A DNA stretch of 24,000 nucleotides from an uncultured beta proteobacterium (GTDB lineage Bacteria > Pseudomonadota > Gammaproteobacteria > Burkholderiales > Burkholderiaceae_C), in the NCBI GenBank assembly GCA_963810395.1, contig CAWENC010000002.1:790004-814003 (forward strand). The letters are read 5' to 3'. How positions within the stretch are numbered: position 1 is the stretch's first letter; the number at the start of each line of letters is the position of its first letter. The notes beneath the pieces are model-generated. The model ran no database searches, was not told the DNA's origin, and was given only the letters and a program-made list of their open reading frames with translations. Below, in pieces: positions 17,498 through 24,000 of this stretch. The translations under genes and the position numbers were made by a program.

Positions 17498-19089
17498 CAG
17501 AATTCCACGAACACATGCGGCACTTCTTCGAGCCCGCCAATCGTGTATCCGGTCGATTTGGCGCAAGCCTGGCGCGCAAATGCAAGGTCACTCTGAAATC
17601 CGGCATAGACGCGGTACAGGATATCGCCGACCGACACCGGGTCACCGAGCTTGCGGAGCAGGTCAACGCCGGCACCGATGACCTTGGGCGCACCGGCCAC
17701 ACGGGCGATTCGCGCTACCTGAAGGTTGTCGACCCCGGTCACGACACCCGACTCGGTGGCGCGAACGTCAAACGTCAATGCACCGAGTGGCGGGTTGTTG
17801 TGGTCGAAGGATTTGCTGCCCTGGGCCTGGATGATGGCGTTCATTTTGGCCAGTGCGCGGCCCGAATCCAGAATGTCCCGGGCAATGGAAAATCCGTCGC
17901 CACCACGCACGTCCGGATCACTTTCGATCAAGCGGCCGGCCAGCCGCAAGGCCTTCTGTCGGAGGTCGTTGGGCGCACGAGGGTCGTTCTCCAGCACCCG
18001 CATCACATCGCGGGCTTCGAGCACCGGGCCGATGCCAAAGCCGACCGGCTGGCGCCCATCGGTGATCACCACATCCAAGGCCAGATTCATTCGTCTGGCG
18101 ACATACTCAAACAGGCGGCGCAGGCGCTGTGCGTCCGGCATGGAGCGCACCTTGGCGGTCGGACCGATCGGGATGTCAAGCACCAGGTGGCTGGATCCGG
18201 CGGAAATCTTTTTCGACAGGATCGAGGCGACCATCTGTCCGGGTGAATCAAGCGACAGCGGGCGTTCGACGGAAATCAGCACATCGTCCGCCGGCGACAG
18301 ATTGGCGGCACCACCCCAGGCCACGCAGCCGCGATGCTTGCGCACGATCTTGGCGAGTTGGTCGAATGGCAGTTCCACATTGGCGAGCACTTCCATGCTG
18401 TCGGCGGTACCTGCGGGGGATGTGATGGCGCGCGAGGACGTTTTGGGGCACAGCATGCCATGCGCCGCCACAATCGGCACCAGCAGCATGGACGTGCGGT
18501 TGCCCGGAATGCCACCGATGCAGTGTTTGTCAACCACCAGGCGCTCGTGCCAGTCGAGTTTTCGTCCGCTGGCGATCATCGCCTCGGTCAGGAAATACAC
18601 TTCTTCCCGGTCCAGCTCGTCCCGGTTGGTGGCCACGACGAAGGCGGTCAGCTCGATCTTGGAGTAGTGGTGTTCGGCAATGTCGCGCACGATGGCGCGG
18701 AAATCATCCAGATCCAGGCGCTCGCCATTGAGCTTGCGGTGCAAGGCGCCGATGGATTCGGGCGGTTCGGCCTGCGACACCGTGGCGGTCTGGCCTTCTT
18801 TCGCGCCGAGCTGTGCAAGCGCCGCTTTGGACAGACCGAGCTCGTCGCAGGCGACGATAGTCTGGTCATCGACGACGTTCAGGGTGGACAGAATGCTGCG
18901 CCCGTTGGCCCGGATTTCCACCTTGGCCAGTGCCTTGAAACCCTCGGCCCGGTACACCGCACAGTCGCGGTGCAGGTAAGCGACATTCTCATGATAAGTA
19001 TCGATCCGGACACGGCGCAGCACCAGCGTGGAGGGGCCAGGCGCGTTGTCCGGCTTCGGGGTGGTGGCGGGAGAGGCAACTTTTCTCAT
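17497..19089 (-). CDS. thymidine-phosphorylase-family protein of the AMP-phosphorylase-like type (with extra N-terminal domain)
   Basis: 530 aa. The glycosyl-transferase family 3 core has [31 protein letters not shown] and [22 protein letters not shown] roughly 100-aa N-terminal extension matches the archaeal AMP phosphorylase / TIGR02645-type architecture. Confidence 0.88.
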   Translation of the reverse strand: MRKVASPATTPKPDNAPGPSTLVLRRVRIDTYHENVAYLHRDCAVYRAEGFKALAKVEIRANGRSILSTLNVVDDQTIVACDELGLSKAALAQLGAKEGQTATVSQAEPPESIGALHRKLNGERLDLDDFRAIVRDIAEHHYSKIELTAFVVATNRDELDREEVYFLTEAMIASGRKLDWHERLVVDKHCIGGIPGNRTSMLLVPIVAAHGMLCPKTSSRAITSPAGTADSMEVLANVELPFDQLAKIVRKHRGCVAWGGAANLSPADDVLISVERPLSLDSPGQMVASILSKKISAGSSHLVLDIPIGPTAKVRSMPDAQRLRRLFEYVARRMNLALDVVITDGRQPVGFGIGPVLEARDVMRVLENDPRAPNDLRQKALRLAGRLIESDPDVRGGDGFSIARDILDSGRALAKMNAIIQAQGSKSFDHNNPPLGALTFDVRATESGVVTGVDNLQVARIARVAGAPKVIGAGVDLLRKLGDPVSVGDILYRVYAGFQSDLAFARQACAKSTGYTIGGLEEVPHVFVEF

Positions 19090-19167
19090 GCCAATAGCCT
19101 ACACCCGTTTTGCCGGCTGCTTCGATGCGAAGCGTGGGTGCGACTTGACTTGGGTCGAAGGGCAAAT

Positions 19168-19197
19168 AAAAAAAGGCTTCCCGGGGAAGCCTTTTTT
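19168..19197 (-). terminator. rho-independent (bidirectional-looking) terminator downstream of efp
   Basis: AAAAAAA-GGCTTCC-cgg-GGAAGCC-TTTTTT: a 7-bp GC-rich stem flanked by A and T runs, 13 nt after the efp stop. Confidence 0.8.
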
Positions 19198-19209
19198 GCG
19201 GTGAGCGGG

Positions 19210-19764
19210 TTAGACCCGTTTTCTGTATTCGCCGGTTCGGGTGTCAATCTCGACCTTGTCGCCCTGTGCCACAAAAATCGGCACGCCAACGCTGAAGCCG
19301 GTGGAAATCTTGGCCGGCTTGAGGACCTTGCCGGAGGTGTCGCCTTTGACGGCGGGCTCTGTCCAGGTAATTTCGCGCACCACACTGGTCGGCATTTCAA
19401 CCGAGATCGCTTTCTCGTTGTAAAACACCACTTCGAGCTCCATGCCGTCTTCGAGGTAGTTCAGTGAGTCGCCCATGTTTTCGGCTTCGACTTCGTACTG
19501 GTTGAAGTCACTGTCCATGCAGATGTACATCGGCTCGGCAAAATAGCTGTAAGTGCAATCCTTTTTGTCCAGGATGACCTGTTCGAGCTTGTCGTCGGCC
19601 TTGTACACGACTTCGGTGTTGAAGTTGGCAATCAGGCTCTTGAGTTTCATGCGGACGGTCGAAGAGTTGCGGCCGCCGCGGCTGTATTCGGTCTTGAGCA
19701 CGACCATTGGGTCCTTGCCGTACATGATGACGTTACCAGCGCGAATTTCTTGTGCAGTTTTCAT
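19210..19764 (-). CDS. efp: elongation factor P (Arg32 type)
   Basis: 184 aa from the ATG at 19764 ([15 protein letters not shown]...). The loop is YSRGGR(32)NSSTV, in place of the Lys34 loop of E. coli. The longer track ORF has a non-homologous N-terminal extension. Confidence 0.97.
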   Translation of the reverse strand: MKTAQEIRAGNVIMYGKDPMVVLKTEYSRGGRNSSTVRMKLKSLIANFNTEVVYKADDKLEQVILDKKDCTYSYFAEPMYICMDSDFNQYEVEAENMGDSLNYLEDGMELEVVFYNEKAISVEMPTSVVREITWTEPAVKGDTSGKVLKPAKISTGFSVGVPIFVAQGDKVEIDTRTGEYRKRV

Positions 19765-19853
19765 AGCAATTGTGTGAAGATAGGCCGCGTATCTGGGCGG
19801 CGAGGGCGGGTAGGATTGGAGAATTCCGATCGAGTTCCGCAAAGCCTTATATT

Positions 19854-20990
19854 TTAACGGCTTTTTGACGCAAAGCGCATCATTTGAGTCACCAGATCGT
19901 CGTGCCGGAGTTGTTCATTTCGTGCCCTGACGGCGGTTTTTTGCCATTCGAGCAGCTCAATCGCGGGCAAGCGCGCCTGGCTTTTGTCGTTTTCAGTCCC
20001 CACATCCTTGATGCCGTTCCAATAATAGTGAAAGGCGCGCAGCGATGGCGGCGCATCGAGCAGGTCCAGGAAGGCATCAAGTTTGTCGTGGTGCGCTGCG
20101 TCTTGTTGCGGGTAGATTTGCCAGATGAAAGCCTGACCGGCCCACAAGGCGCGTACCAGCGAGTCCTCTCCGCGCACAAAATTCAGGTCGCAAGTCCACA
20201 ACAGGTGATCGTAGTGCGCTTGAGTCAGGGCTGGGAGATATGAAAATGATAGCGCCTCACGCTTGTTCCACAAGGGTTGCAGTCTGGTTTTACGCTCAAT
20301 GCAGGCTTTGACGGCGTTCGTCGCGCGTCCGCTGGTGACCAGCAGACGGGTCGGTCGTGTGTCATTGGCGAGTTGGCCCAGCAGCTCGTCGAGCGCCGCT
20401 GGTTCGTAGCAAAACAGCGAAACCAGACGTTCGCCTTGCCATGCGATACCCTGTTGTTCCAGCCAGCCGGCGCGGTCAAAGCGGGATTGACGGCTTGCCA
20501 GATCGGCTTCGCGCAGCAGGCCGCCGGTGGCGGCGCTGAAGCCGGGGTAGAAAAAATACTTGCTCAGGCCGGCCCCGGGCCCCTTGGTAACCGGTGAGCG
20601 CAGCCCGTGACTGCGCGCCACAAAACTTTCGGCACTCAGGTATTCAAGGTTGATCCATAAGCTTTTTCGCCCTCTAGACTCCGTCCAGTAGGCGTAGGCA
20701 GCTATGAATTCAGGAGCGATTTCACAGCCGAAGGTTTCCACCAGAATGTCGCCTGGCTCCAGATTTTCGATCACGACCGGCTGCGTCCAGGGCCGGACTT
20801 CCACGCCTGGCGCACCTTCGGGCGCCATCCAGTCGAGCGCGCTGGCATCGTCCACCCACAAACGCACCCGTTCACCGCGCGCCGCCAGACCGGCCGCCAG
20901 ACGCCAGCACACGCCGATGTCACCGAAGTTGTCGATGACTTTGCAAAAGATGTCCCAAAGTTTTCCGGTTTCCACGCCTGAATTGTCCAC
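19854..20990 (-). CDS. earP: EF-P arginine-32 rhamnosyltransferase EarP (DUF2331)
   Basis: The N-terminal signature [21 protein letters not shown] is present, and the gene lies directly upstream of an Arg32-type efp. The start is GTG 20990, or possibly GTG 20975. Confidence 0.9.
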   Translation of the reverse strand: MDNSGVETGKLWDIFCKVIDNFGDIGVCWRLAAGLAARGERVRLWVDDASALDWMAPEGAPGVEVRPWTQPVVIENLEPGDILVETFGCEIAPEFIAAYAYWTESRGRKSLWINLEYLSAESFVARSHGLRSPVTKGPGAGLSKYFFYPGFSAATGGLLREADLASRQSRFDRAGWLEQQGIAWQGERLVSLFCYEPAALDELLGQLANDTRPTRLLVTSGRATNAVKACIERKTRLQPLWNKREALSFSYLPALTQAHYDHLLWTCDLNFVRGEDSLVRALWAGQAFIWQIYPQQDAAHHDKLDAFLDLLDAPPSLRAFHYYWNGIKDVGTENDKSQARLPAIELLEWQKTAVRARNEQLRHDDLVTQMMRFASKSR

Positions 20991-21001
20991 AATACGCAGC
21001 T

Positions 21002-23002
21002 ATGACTGTTTTGCCCGATTCCCTGCCACCCGACCCCGAGCCGCTGACCGAAGCAGCGGCGCGACCCGCCTATCCCGAACAACTGCTCAGCGACATCGCG
21101 GGATTGCCGGCGCTGCCCGGCGTCTACCGCTATTTCGACGCGCAAGGCGCAGTGCTTTACGTCGGCAAGGCCATCAATTTGAAGAAGCGGGTCAACAGCT
21201 ACTTCCAGAAGAATCACGGCGGCACGCGCATCGGCCACATGGTGAGCAAAATTGCCCGCCTCGAAACCACGGTGGTGCGCTCGGAAGCTGAGGCGCTGCT
21301 GCTGGAAAACAACCTCATCAAGACGCTCAATCCAAAGTACAACATCCTGTTTCGGGATGACAAGAGCTATCCGTACCTGAAGATGAGCGGTTCGAGTCAT
21401 TCGGCCAATCCGGGAACCAGTTTTCCGAGGGTGTCGTATTACCGGGGTGCTGTGGAAAAAAAGCATCGCTACTTCGGGCCGTATCCCAGCGCCTGGGCGG
21501 TGAAGGAAGCGATTCTGCTGATGCAAAAGGTGTTTCACCTGCGCACCTGCGAAGATTCGGTATTCAACAACCGCACGCGTCCCTGTCTGCTGTACCAGAT
21601 CAAACGCTGCTCGGCACCTTGTGTCGGGCATATTTCTGCAGCCGACTACGCGCAGGACGTGGCCAACGCCGAGCGTTTCCTGCAGGGCGATGCCGGTCAG
21701 GTGATGGTGACGCTCGAGGCCCGCATGATGGCGCACGCGGATCGCCTGGAGTTTGAGCAGGCCGCGCAGTTGCGCGACCGGGTGGCGGCACTGTCCAACG
21801 TGTTGCATCAGCAGTCGGTGGATAACGTATCGGACCGTGACGTCGACATTCTGGCGGTGAAAGTGCAGGGCGGGCGGGCCTGCGTCAATCTGGCCATGGT
21901 GCGCGGTGGTCGGCACCTGGGCGATCGAGCCTATTTTCCGGTGCATGTGGAAGACGCCGCCGGCGTCTACAGCGAGACGGTCGAGAGGGCCGGCGCAGCG
22001 TCTGTAGCACCTTCGATCGAGGCCCAGGTGCTTGAAGCGTTCGTCGCGCAGCACTATCTGAACGTACCGGTGCCGCCGTCGCTGGTCGTGAGTGAGCCGG
22101 TGAGCAAGGATTTGCTCAGTGCACTGTCGATCCAGTCGGGAACCAAAGTAACGGCCGTGCATCAGCCGCGTGAACAGCGCCGCGTCTGGCTGGAGATGGC
22201 ACAGACCAATGCCGGTTTGCAGTTGGGCCGGTTGCTGGCGGAAGAAGGTTCGCAACAGGCACGGACCCGGGCGCTGGCCGAGGCACTCGATCTTGAAGTT
22301 GAAGATCTGGCGGGGTTGCGGGTCGAGTGTTTCGACATTTCCCACACCGCCGGCGAGGCGACCCAGGCCTCATGTGTGGTGTTTCACCATCACAGGATGC
22401 AAAACGCCGAATACCGCCGCTACAGCATTAACGACATTACGCCAGGGGATGATTACGCCGCGATGCGCCAGGTGCTGATGCGCCGCTACGGCAAGCTGGC
22501 CGAAGCTCTAAACGCTGCAAAGCAGAGCGGGGAGGCGCCCGCCGGCACGGGCCGGTTGCCGGATTTGGTGCTGGTCGACGGTGGAAAAGGCCAGGTCTCC
22601 ATGGCACGCGAAGTGTTTGAACATCTGGGCTTGAGCCTGGCGCTGATCGTCGGGGTTGAGAAAGGCGAGGGGCGCAAGGTCGGGCTGGAAGAACTGGTGT
22701 TTGCCGATGGCCGCGAGAAAGTCTATCTGGGCAAAGACTCGGCCGCCCTGATGCTGGTGGCACAGATTCGGGATGAGGCCCATCGTTTTGCCATCACCGG
22801 GATGCGCGCCAAAAGGACCAGGGTGCGCATGGATGGCGGCAAACTGGAGGAAATTCCTGGCATTGGTCCGAAGCGGCGCGCCAAACTCCTGCAGCATTTC
22901 GGTGGCGTGCGCGGCGTGGCGCTGGCGGGGGTTGAAGATATGGCGACGGTGGAAGGCATCTCAAGAGAGTTGGCCGAGGAAATATACCGGGCTCTTCATT
23001 GA
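21002..23002 (+). CDS. uvrC: excinuclease ABC subunit C
   Basis: 666 aa. The GIY-YIG domain has [30 protein letters not shown] and [17 protein letters not shown] domain ([14 protein letters not shown]) and a C-terminal (HhH)2 ([15 protein letters not shown]) are present. Confidence 0.97.
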   Translation: MTVLPDSLPPDPEPLTEAAARPAYPEQLLSDIAGLPALPGVYRYFDAQGAVLYVGKAINLKKRVNSYFQKNHGGTRIGHMVSKIARLETTVVRSEAEALLLENNLIKTLNPKYNILFRDDKSYPYLKMSGSSHSANPGTSFPRVSYYRGAVEKKHRYFGPYPSAWAVKEAILLMQKVFHLRTCEDSVFNNRTRPCLLYQIKRCSAPCVGHISAADYAQDVANAERFLQGDAGQVMVTLEARMMAHADRLEFEQAAQLRDRVAALSNVLHQQSVDNVSDRDVDILAVKVQGGRACVNLAMVRGGRHLGDRAYFPVHVEDAAGVYSETVERAGAASVAPSIEAQVLEAFVAQHYLNVPVPPSLVVSEPVSKDLLSALSIQSGTKVTAVHQPREQRRVWLEMAQTNAGLQLGRLLAEEGSQQARTRALAEALDLEVEDLAGLRVECFDISHTAGEATQASCVVFHHHRMQNAEYRRYSINDITPGDDYAAMRQVLMRRYGKLAEALNAAKQSGEAPAGTGRLPDLVLVDGGKGQVSMAREVFEHLGLSLALIVGVEKGEGRKVGLEELVFADGREKVYLGKDSAALMLVAQIRDEAHRFAITGMRAKRTRVRMDGGKLEEIPGIGPKRRAKLLQHFGGVRGVALAGVEDMATVEGISRELAEEIYRALH

Positions 23003-23046
23003 CCATCTGACGTGGTCAGGCGGCCGGCCCGTGCCACAATCAAGCC

Positions 23047-23613
23047 ATGTTTTTCAATATTCCGACTCTCATGACCTGGGCTCGCATTGTTGCCATCCCG
23101 CTGATCGTCGGTGTCTTTTACCTGCCGGTTGAGCCCGCCACCCGCAACCTGGTGGCGACCATCATGTTTGTGGTGTTTGCGGCCACCGACTGGCTGGATG
23201 GCTATCTGGCACGCAGGCTCAATCAGGTCTCGTCTTTTGGCGCGTTCCTGGACCCGGTGGCGGACAAGTTTCTGGTGTCCGCCTGCGTGTTGGTGCTGGT
23301 GCACCTCGGACGCGCCGATGTGTTTGTGGCGCTCATCATCATTGGCCGCGAAATTGCCATCTCCGCGCTGCGTGAATGGATGGCTCAAATTGGCGCTTCC
23401 AAGAGCGTGGCGGTGCACATTGTCGGCAAGCTCAAAACCACGGTGCAGATGGTGGCGATTCCATTTCTGTTGTTCGACGGCAAGTTGCTGGGTGTGATTG
23501 ATACCCATCTTTGGGGTGTCTGGCTGATCTGGATTGCGGCCGTGATGACGGTCTGGTCGATGGTCTACTACCTGCAAAAGGCACTGCCTGAAATCCGGGC
23601 GCGGGCCAAGTGA
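23047..23613 (+). CDS. pgsA: CDP-diacylglycerol--glycerol-3-phosphate 3-phosphatidyltransferase
   Basis: 188 aa with the CDP-alcohol phosphatidyltransferase motif DWLDGYLARRLNQVSSFGAFLDPVADK. The uvrC-pgsA adjacency is common. Confidence 0.95.
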   Translation: MFFNIPTLMTWARIVAIPLIVGVFYLPVEPATRNLVATIMFVVFAATDWLDGYLARRLNQVSSFGAFLDPVADKFLVSACVLVLVHLGRADVFVALIIIGREIAISALREWMAQIGASKSVAVHIVGKLKTTVQMVAIPFLLFDGKLLGVIDTHLWGVWLIWIAAVMTVWSMVYYLQKALPEIRARAK

Positions 23614-24000
23614 GGGCGCACGACGATGGGGCCTTGATCCGGGCCATGCCAGCGGTGTTTGTCCTGATCTGGAGCACCGGTTTTATCGTGGCGCGTTATG
23701 GCATGCCCCACGCTCCGCCATTGAAGTTTCTGAGTGTCCGTTACGCGCTGTCGATCGCGTGTTTCGTGCCGTGGATTGTGCTGGCGCGGGTCAAGTGGCC
23801 AGCCAGCCGCACGCAATGGGCGCATCTGGCGGTCACCGGCATCTTCATGCATGCCTGCTACCTGGGCGGTGTCTGGGCGGCTGTCAAGGCCGGCATGGGG
23901 TCCGGGCTTTCTTCGTTGATCGTGGGTCTGCAGCCGGTGCTGACGGCCTTGTGGCTGGCGGCTACCGGAGGCAAAATTGCCCTGCGGCAATGGCTTGGGC
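23610..24000 (+). CDS. EamA/DMT-superfamily transporter, N-terminal part (runs off the window)
   Basis: The frame is open from GTG 23610 (GTGA overlap with the pgsA stop) or ATG 23646 to the window end. The translation AVFVLIWSTGFIVARYGMPHAPPLKFLSVRYALS...GLSSLIVGLQPVLTA is typical of the first EamA repeat. It is absent from the ORF track because no stop is reached. Confidence 0.7.
   Translation, partial: MRAHDDGALIRAMPAVFVLIWSTGFIVARYGMPHAPPLKFLSVRYALSIACFVPWIVLARVKWPASRTQWAHLAVTGIFMHACYLGGVWAAVKAGMGSGLSSLIVGLQPVLTALWLAATGGKIALRQWLG

Overview
This is a high-GC chromosomal window. Hand counts on a few 60-nt lines give about 60-65% G+C in most genes. The host is a betaproteobacterium, probably Burkholderiales/Comamonadaceae. 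That is an inference from an EarP plus Arg32-type EF-P pair, hflC-yjeT-hisZ-purA synteny and the general look of the proteins.

I call 26 protein genes, and nearly all are housekeeping:
- hflC (5' partial), yjeT, hisZ, purA, a purine-type phosphoribosyltransferase and metC.
- A small Lys-rich ORF.
- A minus-strand run with overlapping junctions: tesA-like esterase, selU, then a PAS-GAF-PAS-PAS-GGDEF-EAL protein.
- A ybbA-like ABC ATPase and rlmB.
- A LOG-family protein downstream of yqjD-yqjE-yqjK.
- A PaaK/CapK-like adenylate-forming ligase.
- A translationally coupled pair: an AMP/thymidine-phosphorylase-family gene and a Prs-like gene.
- efp, earP, uvrC, pgsA and a 3'-partial EamA/DMT transporter.

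The one clearly non-core stretch is about 1.3 kb between the ABC ATPase and rlmB (10958-12298). It holds three things:
- A lower-GC gene (about 50% by hand count) for an unmistakable SeqA homologue. SeqA is normally tied to Dam-positive Gammaproteobacteria.
- A consensus sigma70 promoter for that gene, buried in 11-bp-phased GCGCTTAA repeats and perfect palindromes.
- Two diverged, inverted ~150-nt elements on either side. They keep the same helices through compensatory substitutions, and their G:U pairs point to outward-facing functional strands. I could not assign these elements to any RNA family I know.

This islet is my best candidate for something undescribed. Everything else is ordinary, with a few minor oddities listed below. 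All similarity statements come from memory of family sequences and motifs, because no searches were possible.
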